Shown here piece by piece: positions 42,124-51,802 of a DNA stretch of 64,000 nucleotides (positions within the stretch are counted from its first letter, which is position 1; the number at the start of each line of letters is the position of its first letter). The position numbers and the translations under genes are program-made. Location: NCBI GenBank assembly GCA_963758295.1, contig CAVWUU010000004.1:448001-512000 (forward strand), given 5' to 3'. The stretch is from Candidatus Eremiobacteria bacterium. Lineage in GTDB: Bacteria > Vulcanimicrobiota > Vulcanimicrobiia > Vulcanimicrobiales > Vulcanimicrobiaceae. Below the pieces are notes generated by a model. That model had not been told where the DNA came from, made no database searches, and worked only from the letters and a program-made list of their open reading frames with translations.

Positions 42124-44443
42124 GCGAAGCCTCCTGCGCGCGAGCGATCAACCGTTCCAACTGCGATTTGCCGGGTAGATACTGGACGGGCCATTCTGCG
42201 CCGGAATACCCCAGTTGCGCAGCGGCATGAAGCGTCCAGGCGGGATCCGCTAAATGCGGCCTTCCAAGCGCAACGAGATCGGCGCGGCCGGCCGCAACGA
42301 TGGCATTGACCTGATCCGGCTCCGTGACGTTGCCGACGGCCATCGTCGCCATTCCCGTTTCGTTTCGAATCCGGTCGGCATACGGCGTTTGAAACATGCG
42401 TCCGTACACAGGTTTGGCGCCCGGATGGGTTTGGCCGGTCGAGACGTCGATCAAATCGGCGCCCGCGTCGCGGAATGCACGCGCAATCTGCACTGCGTCC
42501 TCGCCCGTGATGCCGCCCTCATACCAATCGGTCGCGGAAATGCGTACGGACATCGGGCGGTCGTCAGGCCAGATTGCGCGCATCGAGGCAAAGATTTCGA
42601 GCGGGTAGCGCAAGCGATTCTCGAGCGAACCGCCGTACTCGTCGGTTCGCTGATTGCTGAGCGGAGTAATGAAACTGGAGAGCAGATAGCCGTGCGCGCA
42701 GTGCAGTTCGAGCATGTCAAAACCGGCTTCGATTGCCATGCGCGTAGCGCGTTCGAACTCGGCACGTATTTTCTGCATTTCTTCGCGATCGAGTTCGCGT
42801 GGAATTTGGTTTGCGGGTGAATAGGGCACGGCCGACGGGCCGACGACGTCCCAATTGCCCGCCGCAAGCGGCTCGTCCATGCCCTCCCACATCAGGCGCG
42901 TGGAGCCTTTGCGTCCGGAGTGACCGAGCTGGAGGCAAATTTTCGCGCCGCTCCAGTCGTGCACGAAGTCAACGAGGCGCTTGAAAGCCGGAACATGTTC
43001 GGGAAGGTACATGCCGCAACAGCCTGGGGAGATGCGGCCCTCACGCGAGACGCACGTCATCTCCGTAAATACCAAACCAGCACCGCCAAGCGCGCGCGCG
43101 CCGAGATGTACGAGATGGAAATCGTTGGGCATACCGTCGACCGCGCTGTACATGTCCATGGGCGACACCACAACGCGGTTGCGCAAGACGAGCCGGCGCA
43201 AGCGGAGTGAAGTGAACATTGGCGGGACCGGCGCTTCGAGCGTCATCTCGCCGTTGGCGCGCGCGGCGGCATGGGCCCGCTGCGCGAACCATTCCTCCAT
43301 CCGTTCGACGTATATACTATCGCGCAACCTCAGGTTCTCGTGACCGATCCGCTGGCTGCGGGTCAGCAAGCTGTACGCAAACTGCTCGGGCGGCAGCACA
43401 GCATAGCGTGCGACGTTCTCGAACCATTCAGTCGAATTGCGCGCCGCGTTTTGGAGCTTCAGCACCTCGATTTTGCGAGCGGCCTCATATTCGCGCATTG
43501 CAAGCGCTACGTCGCCTTCGCGGCCGAGCGCCTCAACGAGGGCGATCGCATCTTCGAGCGCTAGCTTGGTTCCCGAGCCAACCGAAAAGTGCGCGGTGTG
43601 CGCGGCATCACCAATCAGGACCACGTTCTCATGCACCCACGAGTCGTTGCTCACGCGCGTGAAGTTGATCCAGTCCCGCCCTCGCAAGTGCGCGCTATTG
43701 GCCATAAGGCCGTGGCCTTTTAGGTACGGCGCGAATAAACGCTCGCAAAAGTCGATGGTCTCGCTGGTGTCCGCTTTGTCCAGCCCGTGCGCGAGCCACG
43801 TTTCTTCGCGGCATTCAACGATGAACGTGCTCGTGGTTTCGTCGAAGCGATACGCATGCACCGCGAACCAGCCGAACTCCGTCTGTTCGAAAATGAAGGT
43901 AAAAGCGTCGAGCGGCAAGGTGGTGCCGAGCCAGACAAACCGGCAAATCCGGCGATCGAGATTTGGCTTGAACGCGTCCGCGTACGCCGCCCGGATGCGG
44001 CTGTTGATGCCGTCGCTCGCAATAAGCAGGTCGCTCTCCTCGCGGTACGCCGCCACGTTTTCGACGTCCGTTTCAAACGCGAGGTTGACACCCAGTTCTT
44101 CGGCGCGGTCTTGCAGAATGTTCAGCAGCCGCTTGCGCGCGATGCCCGAAAACCCATGACCGCCTGAAATCGTCTTGGTGTCCTTGAAGTTGATCTCGAT
44201 ATCGTCCCAATGTGCGAACGACGACGTGATCGCCTCGTGCGTCGGCGCGTCGGCGGCGCGTAGCTTGTCGAGCGTCGCATCCGAAAAGACAACACCCCAC
44301 CCAAACGTGTCGTGCGGGCGATTGCGCTCGGCCACGGTCACGTCCCAATGCGGAAAGCGCTGTTTCGCAAGGATTGCCGTATACAGTCCTGCGGGTCCGC
44401 CTCCGACACAAGTTACGCGCAGCGGCGCCGACGTCGTCTTCAT
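42113..44443 (-). CDS. abmA: Bifunctional anthraniloyl-CoA monooxygenase/reductase or salicylyl-CoA 5-hydroxylase (FAD monooxygenase + OYE domain)
   Basis: [39 protein letters not shown]-terminal [10 protein letters not shown]. Confidence 0.88.
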   Translation of the reverse strand: MKTTSAPLRVTCVGGGPAGLYTAILAKQRFPHWDVTVAERNRPHDTFGWGVVFSDATLDKLRAADAPTHEAITSSFAHWDDIEINFKDTKTISGGHGFSGIARKRLLNILQDRAEELGVNLAFETDVENVAAYREESDLLIASDGINSRIRAAYADAFKPNLDRRICRFVWLGTTLPLDAFTFIFEQTEFGWFAVHAYRFDETTSTFIVECREETWLAHGLDKADTSETIDFCERLFAPYLKGHGLMANSAHLRGRDWINFTRVSNDSWVHENVVLIGDAAHTAHFSVGSGTKLALEDAIALVEALGREGDVALAMREYEAARKIEVLKLQNAARNSTEWFENVARYAVLPPEQFAYSLLTRSQRIGHENLRLRDSIYVERMEEWFAQRAHAAARANGEMTLEAPVPPMFTSLRLRRLVLRNRVVVSPMDMYSAVDGMPNDFHLVHLGARALGGAGLVFTEMTCVSREGRISPGCCGMYLPEHVPAFKRLVDFVHDWSGAKICLQLGHSGRKGSTRLMWEGMDEPLAAGNWDVVGPSAVPYSPANQIPRELDREEMQKIRAEFERATRMAIEAGFDMLELHCAHGYLLSSFITPLSNQRTDEYGGSLENRLRYPLEIFASMRAIWPDDRPMSVRISATDWYEGGITGEDAVQIARAFRDAGADLIDVSTGQTHPGAKPVYGRMFQTPYADRIRNETGMATMAVGNVTEPDQVNAIVAAGRADLVALGRPHLADPAWTLHAAAQLGYSGAEWPVQYLPGKSQLERLIARAQEASHAI

Positions 44444-44483
44444 CTCGGTCTAGAATAATCCAAAATCTGCGGGGCGCCTCTTT

Positions 44484-45257
44484 TCACAAGTCGCCGTCAT
44501 ACTCGACGACGAGCGGCGCATGGTCGGAAAAGCGTTCTTCCCGGTACACGTACGCGTCGCGGATACGCGGCCGCAGGTCGGGCGTAACGAGCTGGTAGTC
44601 AATACGCCACCCGCGATCTTTCTCGAACGCCTGCTGGAAGTTGGACCACCACGTGTAGATGCCGGGCTCCGGACGAACCTGGCGCATTGCATCGATCCAG
44701 CCGCTCGAGAGCACGCGTTCCATCCACGCGCGCTCCTGTGGAAGAAATCCGGTGACGCGAATCGCCGCTTTCGGGTTGAAGACGTCGATCTCCCGATGGG
44801 CGACGTTGTAATCGCCGCACAGGATGCGGCTCTTGCTCTCTCTCTTGGCTCGTGTAAGCCACGCCTCGAAGAGATCGAGAAAGTTTTCTTTCCAGCGCTG
44901 GCGCTCGAGTCCCATCGTGCCGGAAGGCACGTAGAGCGATCCGATGGCCAGCGACCCGAACTCGATTTCTACGTAGCGGCCTTCCGCGTCATACTGCGGC
45001 CAGCCGAAACCAACGTTCGTGCGATCGGGCTGCCGTTTACTATAGATTCCGACGCCGCTGTAGCCCTTACGCTCTGCATCGGAAAAGACCGAAAAGTACG
45101 GCGAAAGATGTTCCGCGTCGAAAGGCACTTGGTACTCTTGCGCTTTGGTCTCCTGTAGACAGATAACGTCCGGATCGACGCGCGAAAGCCAGCCGAAGAG
45201 CCCTTTGCGCGAGGCCGAACGGATCCCGTTGCAGTTGAGCGAGACGACGCGGATCAG
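44484..45257 (-). CDS. xth: Exodeoxyribonuclease III / AP endonuclease
   Basis: Upstream extension LIRVVSLNCNGIR...CLQETK; GDYNVAH, GWRIDY, SDHAP. Confidence 0.92.
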   Translation of the reverse strand: MIRVVSLNCNGIRSASRKGLFGWLSRVDPDVICLQETKAQEYQVPFDAEHLSPYFSVFSDAERKGYSGVGIYSKRQPDRTNVGFGWPQYDAEGRYVEIEFGSLAIGSLYVPSGTMGLERQRWKENFLDLFEAWLTRAKRESKSRILCGDYNVAHREIDVFNPKAAIRVTGFLPQERAWMERVLSSGWIDAMRQVRPEPGIYTWWSNFQQAFEKDRGWRIDYQLVTPDLRPRIRDAYVYREERFSDHAPLVVEYDGDL

Positions 45258-45925
45258 AGGCCGTTCCGCTTACGAGCCATCAGCAGGCCGTCGCCGATCG
45301 AGAGCAGCGTCGCGTCAACGCGTGTATCGTTGGCGGCCTTGGTGTTGATCGCGCGCAGCGCGGCAGTGTCTTCGTCGTTGTCCTTGTCATCCACCACGGC
45401 GCCGCTCCAGAGCACGTTGTCGATTAGCATCAGGCCGTTCGGCCGAAGCAAACGCAACGCATATTCGTAGTAGTTGTCGACATTGGGTTTATCGGCGTCG
45501 ATGAACGCGATATCAAACGGTGCGCACTCGTCGACCGCGAGACGTTCGAGCGTTTCGAGTGCGGGCGCTATTCGCAAGTCGATCTTTTCTTCGACGCCCG
45601 CTTGGCGCCAATATCGGCGGGCTACGGCGGTATAATCGTTACTGACGTCGCACGCCACGACTTGGGCGTTCGCCGGCATTGCGAGCGCCATTGCGAGCGA
45701 ACTGTAGCCGGTGAATACGCCGATTTCCAGGTATCGCTGCGCCGGCAGCAAACGCGCAAGCAACTGCATGAACTGTCCCTGGTCGGGACCGATCTGCATC
45801 TGCGCGTTCGGCATGGCCGCCGTTTCTTCTCTCAGCGCTCGAAGCGCCGGATGTTCGTCGACCACCATCGTGTCGACGATATATTTCTGAACCTTCGCGT
45901 CCATGAACGCGCTTCGTGCTGTCAT
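45254..45925 (-). CDS. Caffeoyl-CoA-type O-methyltransferase
   Basis: LEIGVFTGYS, FIDADK, IDNVLWSG. Confidence 0.9.
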   Translation of the reverse strand: MTARSAFMDAKVQKYIVDTMVVDEHPALRALREETAAMPNAQMQIGPDQGQFMQLLARLLPAQRYLEIGVFTGYSSLAMALAMPANAQVVACDVSNDYTAVARRYWRQAGVEEKIDLRIAPALETLERLAVDECAPFDIAFIDADKPNVDNYYEYALRLLRPNGLMLIDNVLWSGAVVDDKDNDEDTAALRAINTKAANDTRVDATLLSIGDGLLMARKRNGL

Positions 45926-47440
45926 GCAAGTACCGCCATATCTGCAACGATCGCGGCAGCCGCGCGTTTTCCGGGAAAGCCGCTTACGCAGCCCCCGGGA
46001 TGCGCGCCCGAACCGCAGAGGTATAAGCCGGCGACCGGCGTTCGCGTCGCGAACCGGTCCTCGTAAATCTGCCCCGGCAGCAGCTCGCCGTGAAAAATGT
46101 GGCCACCGATCAACCCGATGCGTGATTCGAGATCGCGCGCGGAAAGAATTTGACGCGCTTCGATGGCGTTAGGTAAATTCGGCGCGTGCCGGCCGAGCAT
46201 ATCGACGATCTTGTCGGCGGCGCGCTCCTTTGCGCCGTTGCTCCATCCATCCACGCGATCGTACGGAAAGTACTGCGCGAAAATCGACAGGATGTGTTTG
46301 CCGTTTGGCGCGAGCGTCGGGTCCGTCGGCGTTTGTAAGAAACATTCGATCAGCGGCTCCCGGCTTTCGCCGTGTGCGACGGCATCTTCGTATGCGTCCT
46401 GAAGATAGTCGATCGAAGGTGCTAGGTGAATCGTCGCCTTGTGATGCGGCTGCAGCGTTTGTTCCGGGGCGGGCCGTGAAATTCGGAAGCTCGCCCAGCG
46501 CAAGGTTGAGTTTCAAGCACGGACCGTTGGTCTTCCACTCCCGTACTTTATCCGCGAACGCGCCGTCGAGCACGCCTCCGTCGAGCAGGTTCAGAAAAGT
46601 AATGCGCGGATGGGCGTTAGACGCTACGGCTCGCGCGGCAATATCTCGTCCGTCTTCGAGCAGGACGCCCGTCACCCGGCGGTCATAGGTTAGAATTCGC
46701 TCGACACGGGCGTCGGAAAAGATCTGCGCGCCGTACCTTTGCGCGGCCGACGCCAACGCTTGAGCGATGGAGCCCATTCCACCGCGGACGTATCCCCACG
46801 CGCCCTGTTCGCCCATGGCGCGGCCGGCATTATGATGCGCGAGCACGTACCCCGTTCCGCGGTTGCGCGGACCCAAGTAGGTTCCCACTAAGCCGTCGTT
46901 CACGAGACCCGCTTGTAAAACGGGCGTCCTAACGTACCGCTCTACGAGTTCGGCGGCCGACCCCTCGAGCATCGCACGCGTTTCATCGTCGAAGCCGTCG
47001 AAGCGCGGTTCTTCATCGGAAAACGTGTCAAAGAGCGCGCGTCCTAATCGCGCGACGCGTTCTTCGAAGCCATTGAAGCCCGCGACGTCGCGAACGTCGA
47101 ACCGCGAAATTTCCGCAGCGTCGTTTTCGTCGCTTACGCCGAGCAACATCGAGCGCCCATCGAGCAACGGCGTGAATTCCCACGGAAGCTTTCGATAGGC
47201 GTCGTAGCCGTGCGACCGTAACTCTAGCGTGTCGATCAGCCACGGATCGAGCAGGCTTACGACGTACGAGGCAGCCGATACCGTATATCCCGGCCAAACA
47301 TCGCGTTCGCTCACCGACGCCCCGCCTATGCGATCCCTGCACTCGAAGACGGCAACGCGCAACCCGCTCTTGGCCAGCAACGCCGCACAGGCAAGACCGT
47401 TATGACCGGCGCCGACGACCGCTACGTCGAAGGTATCCAT
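45922..47440 (-). CDS. Phytoene desaturase-like FAD oxidoreductase, frameshifted near 46460
   Basis: GAGHNGL dinucleotide fold; C-terminal GGHIFHG...LYLCGSGAHPGGCVSG in the next frame. Confidence 0.85.
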
Positions 47441-47473
47441 GGGCTTGTTGTACGAACTGCGTCTAGCACATTC

Positions 47474-47662
47474 ATGCAACGGCGAAATCGAATCATCTTA
47501 GCCGCCATCCCGCTTGCAGCGCTAAGTATTGCCGTGCCCTTCGTCAATAGAGTCGAGCCCAGGATCCTTGGACTGCCGTTCCTGTTGGCGTGGATTGCCT
47601 TCTGGGTCTGCTTGACGCCCTTTTTCATTTGGCAGATCGGCCGCACCGAGGGCCGCTGGTGA
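47474..47662 (+). CDS. DUF3311 small membrane subunit (second copy)
   Basis: PFVNRVEPRILGLPFLLAW. Confidence 0.85.
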   Translation: MQRRNRIILAAIPLAALSIAVPFVNRVEPRILGLPFLLAWIAFWVCLTPFFIWQIGRTEGRW

Positions 47663-49126
47663 GCTCCATCAGCTCGCTCGGCGTCATCGCGACGATCGTT
47701 ATAGGAACGGTCCTATTCGCGCTCTTGAATGTCCGGCGCGTTCGCATGTCGCCGCAGGAGTACATTGTCGGCGGCCGTGGGTTCGGCTCGGTATTTCTGT
47801 GGGTGCTTCTGGCCGGCGAGATCTATACGAGCTTTACGTTCCTTGGTGCGGCCGGATGGACGTACAGTTTCGGTGCGCCGGCATTTTACATTATGGCCTA
47901 CGGCACAGTGGGCTACGTTCTCGGATATTTCTTGGTGCCGGCGATTTGGCGCGTCGGGAAAGAACGTGGGCTTCTCACGGCCCCGGATTTCTTCGCATCG
48001 GTTTATAAAAGCAAACAGTTGGGCGTGCTGGTCGCCGCAATTCAGTGCGTCGCGGTCATTCCGTACGTCACGTTGCAGTTGAGCGGTTTGCAACTCTTTC
48101 TTACGATTGGCGGGTACGGGAAGATAAATGCGCAAGCCGGCGCGGTGCGTCAGTTTTCTTATAATCATCGCGTTCGTTTACCTTACGGGCTTGCGTGGAA
48201 CGGCGTGGGCCAGCATCGTCAAAGACGCGCTCGTGATCGGCGCACTGCTCTTCGTCGGGCTGGCGATTCCCATTCACTTTTTCGGCTCGCCCGCCGGCAT
48301 GTTCGATCAGCTGCTGCGCGCGCATCCGGCGGCTCTTACGCTTCAATCGGTTACCGGTACGCGAGGCGCCGTTTGGTTCGTTTCAACGGTGCTGTTAACC
48401 GGAATAGGTTTCTACATGGGACCGCATTCGTTCGCAGCGATTTACAGCGCCAAAGACGATACGGCCCTGCGTCGCAACGCGATGTTCTTGCCGGTTTACC
48501 AGCTCGCAATGTTGCTCGTCTTCTTCGCCGGGTTCAGCGCGCTGCTCATCGTTCCGGGCCTGAAAGGTCCCGGCGCCGATCAGTCATTCATGCTGGTGGT
48601 GCAACGCTACTACCCCGCGTGGGTTCTCGGCTTCGTTGCAGCTGCCGGTTCCCTGTGCGCGCTCGTTCCGTCCACGGCGCTGCTGCTCAGCTCGGCCAGC
48701 ATCATGTCGAAAAATATCTTCGGCGATTGCTTCGGAATGGGGCTCGACGATCGCGGACGCGTGGCCATCACGCGCTCGATGGTGCTGGTGATAGGACTGC
48801 TTTCACTAGCCCTGTGGCTTGCGTTCAAAACAACGCTCGTTGAACTGCTGCTGCTCTTTTATAACGGCATCTCGCAGTTTGCGCCTGGTGTAATTCTCGC
48901 GTTCTTGTGGAAGCGGACCACGGCGTGGGGCGTTGGGTGCGGCATCGTAGCCGGCGTAACGCTCGCCCTTTACCTGGCCGCTACGAACGCCGCGCCATTG
49001 GGTTTGAACGCCGGGTTCGTCGGCTTGTGCTTGAACGTCATCGTGCTCGCGTGCGTGTCGCTATTCGAAAAAGAAAAGAGCCCATCGCTCGACGGACTCT
49101 TGCTTCGACAAGCCGGGGATGACTAA
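47659..49126 (+). CDS. Sodium:solute symporter, frameshifted near 48140
   Basis: VGGRGFG...LAGEIYTSFTFLG...PYVTLQL, continued in ORF 48128-49126. Confidence 0.87.
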
Positions 49127-49129
49127 AAG

Positions 49130-49456
49130 CTACCGATAGCTGGCGCGCGACTGGAAACAGTCTCGGCAGTAGACCGGTTTGTCGCCGCGAGGATTGAACG
49201 GCACTTCCGCGGTGTTTCCGCATTGGCTGCACGTTGCTTGGAACATCTCACGCGGGCGGCTCGCACCACGCTCGGCGTCTCCGCCGCCACCGCCGTTCCC
49301 GTTTTGCGATCGCATCGCTTTGCGGGCGTTACGGCAATCGGGACAACGGTTGGGCTTATTCTGGAAGCCTTTTTGCTCGTAAAAGCGTTGTTCGCCCGAA
49401 CTGAACACAAATTGGCGTCCGCAATCAACACAGTTAAGCATTTCATCTACGTACAC
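49130..49456 (-). CDS. Zinc-ribbon protein with a CxxC-x17-CxxC C-terminal domain
   Basis: CVDCG..F.F..GEQ.FY..KGF.N.P.RCPDCR and CSQCG...VPFNP....PVYCRDCF. Confidence 0.92.
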   Translation of the reverse strand: MYVDEMLNCVDCGRQFVFSSGEQRFYEQKGFQNKPNRCPDCRNARKAMRSQNGNGGGGGDAERGASRPREMFQATCSQCGNTAEVPFNPRGDKPVYCRDCFQSRASYR

Positions 49457-49551
49457 GGAACGAGAAACTCCTCAAGATTACGTGGTTGCCGGGGACGACT
49501 CTAGTTGAAACGATCCGGTACGTCTGGGAAACCACGCAATAACGTTAATGG

Positions 49552-49983
49552 TTAGCTGTAACGCTTCGATCCGACAATGGAATCGAAAACTTCTTCGAAG
49601 ATGTACAAAGGTCCAATAAGGAGATACACCAGGTTCTCTAAGAACTTGGGTTTTGTGCCTTCCAAACGGTGACCGGCCAACTGGAAAACCCATCCGAGGA
49701 TAAAGGCCCCAAGATTCGCCTGCCACGGTAATCGAATCGCGACCGCATAGAGAATCGCGAAAACGATCAGTGAGAGCAGGGCTCCGCGTAGATCGAGCGC
49801 GGCGTAATAGATGAGGACGGCGATCGCGGCCACAACCGCGAGGTCGACCGGGCCAAGCCGCACGAGCGACATGAGTCCCAAAATCCCCAGCACGATCGAC
49901 GGTATTCCGAACGCATGGCAAAGCCGATTGCGGCGGTCCGAATGGTAGGCACCGTATTCCGAAAAAAGCTCCGACTTGTTCAT
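49552..49983 (-). CDS. DUF962/Mpo1-like membrane protein
   Basis: YGAYH...NRLCHAFGIP...GWVFQLAGH.LEG.KP. Confidence 0.88.
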   Translation of the reverse strand: MNKSELFSEYGAYHSDRRNRLCHAFGIPSIVLGILGLMSLVRLGPVDLAVVAAIAVLIYYAALDLRGALLSLIVFAILYAVAIRLPWQANLGAFILGWVFQLAGHRLEGTKPKFLENLVYLLIGPLYIFEEVFDSIVGSKRYS

Positions 49984-50086
49984 TCCTGGACTACCTTGCA
50001 AGAACGTGTGCGGGCATCTGCGACTCGTGCGACTTAAGTCCCTGCCCGACGGGGTCCACGTGCGCAAATACAGAATTGCGAGATCC

Positions 50087-51265
50087 ATGACTGCGAGCAT
50101 CACTATTCCTCAGCGGCTGGTAGATGACGTCGTGCTGATCCGGCGCGATTTGCACATGCATCCGGAGCTCGGCTTCGAGGAACACCGGACCGCGGGAATC
50201 GTCGCCGACCGTTTGCGCATGCTCGGCTTCGACGTGCACGAAGGCGTTGGCCGCACCGGAGTCGTCGGAGTGATGCGCGGCACACGTCCGGGCCGCACGA
50301 TCATGCTGCGTGCCGACATGGACGCCTTGCCGATCCTCGAGGAACGCGATCACTCCTACCGCTCGCAGGCCGACGGACGGATGCATGCTTGCGGCCACGA
50401 CGGTCACGTGGCTATTCTGCTCGGCGCGGCGGCCCTAATCGCCGATCGCAAAGGCGATCTCGCGGGCACGGTTTGTCTCGTTTTCCAGCCGGCCGAAGAA
50501 GGCTTGGGCGGCGCGAAAAAGATGATCGAAGATGGGCTCTTCGAGCGGTTTTCCATCGAGCGCGCGTACGGGTTGCATCTCTCGACGAAGTACGCCACGG
50601 GCGTGCTCGGCTTCCGCGAAGGCCCGATGTACGCATCGAGCGATTCCATCGAAATTGAAGTGCTCGGTGTCGGCGGTCATGGTTCCGCTCCGCACGATGC
50701 GGTCGACCCCATCTACACCGCGGCGAATTTCATTACATCGGTGCAGCAAATCGTGTCGCGCCAAGTCGATCCGCTGGAGCCGGCCGTCGTAACAGTCGGC
50801 GCCATCAACGGCGGCACGGTGCACAATGTGATTCCCCGTACCTGCAAGATGCTAGGGACGGTTCGCGCTTTCTCCGACGAAGTTCGCGAAGCGATGCCCG
50901 ACCGTATCGAACGCGTCTTGCGTTCTTGCTGCGATGCTTCCGGCGCTTCGTACAACTTTGAGTACCTGTGGCGCTATCCGGTAACCGCGAACGATGCGCA
51001 ACAGACGCAATTCGCGCGTGCGCTTGCGGCAAAGATCGCCGGTGATTCGATGGTCGTCGATGCCGCCATGCTGATGGGGGCCGAAGACTTCTCCTTCTAC
51101 GCCCAGCGCGTGCCGTCGTGCTTTTACACGCTCGGCTGCAGCGGTGATGAAGAAACCAGCTATCCGCACCACTCGAGCCTTTTCGATATCGACGAAGGCG
51201 CGTTACCGAACGGCGTAGCTATGATGACGGCGTTGGCCTTCGACGCACCGCGCAACGCCCCGTGA
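50087..51265 (+). CDS. M20 family amidohydrolase
   Basis: LRADMDALP, MHACGHDGH, FQPAEEG, GAEDF. Confidence 0.95.
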   Translation: MTASITIPQRLVDDVVLIRRDLHMHPELGFEEHRTAGIVADRLRMLGFDVHEGVGRTGVVGVMRGTRPGRTIMLRADMDALPILEERDHSYRSQADGRMHACGHDGHVAILLGAAALIADRKGDLAGTVCLVFQPAEEGLGGAKKMIEDGLFERFSIERAYGLHLSTKYATGVLGFREGPMYASSDSIEIEVLGVGGHGSAPHDAVDPIYTAANFITSVQQIVSRQVDPLEPAVVTVGAINGGTVHNVIPRTCKMLGTVRAFSDEVREAMPDRIERVLRSCCDASGASYNFEYLWRYPVTANDAQQTQFARALAAKIAGDSMVVDAAMLMGAEDFSFYAQRVPSCFYTLGCSGDEETSYPHHSSLFDIDEGALPNGVAMMTALAFDAPRNAP

Positions 51266-51798
51266 GCGAAGAGTTCGACACGCCGCCGATTCCGGCCGTC
51301 ATCGAACCCTCAGGTCTAAACGACTATTTCGAAGTGATGACGCGCGCCGTTTTCCAGGCCGGCGTTAGCTGGGCGCAAATCGCCAAACGGTGGAATAGTT
51401 ACGGGCGGGCATTCGACAATTTCGATGTCGTGCGAGTTGCCGCATACGATTCCATGGAGGTCGAGCGCGTGCTGGCCGAGCCGGGCATTTTGAGGATGCG
51501 CCGGAAAGTCGATGCAACGATTGCCAACGCTGCGGCGCTTATAAAAGTACAAACCGACTTTGGGTCCTTTCACGATTACGTCGCGTCTTTTGATACGTAT
51601 GAAGCGCTTGCAAAAGACGTAAAGCGGCGCTTTAAATTCATGGGCGACATGAACGTTTGGTATCTGCTCTTCCGCGTCGGGGAACCGGTTCCGCGATTGG
51701 AACCGTGGCTCGCCACGATCGATGGCGAGCACCCGCGTATGCGTGAAATGGTCGAGGCTGCGCGCGCGTCCGGACGTTCGTCCGAACGCGCGCAGTAG
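51262..51798 (+). CDS. DNA-3-methyladenine glycosylase I-like protein
   Basis: FQAGVSW...AFDNFD...KVDATIANA...KRRFKFMG. Confidence 0.8.
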   Translation: MSEEFDTPPIPAVIEPSGLNDYFEVMTRAVFQAGVSWAQIAKRWNSYGRAFDNFDVVRVAAYDSMEVERVLAEPGILRMRRKVDATIANAAALIKVQTDFGSFHDYVASFDTYEALAKDVKRRFKFMGDMNVWYLLFRVGEPVPRLEPWLATIDGEHPRMREMVEAARASGRSSERAQ

Positions 51799-51802
51799 CT
51801 TC

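Noticed and set aside
45922..47440. Carotenoid biosynthesis role for the desaturase-like gene
   Set aside because: No crtB or crtE nearby; this subfamily is widespread with unknown substrates.
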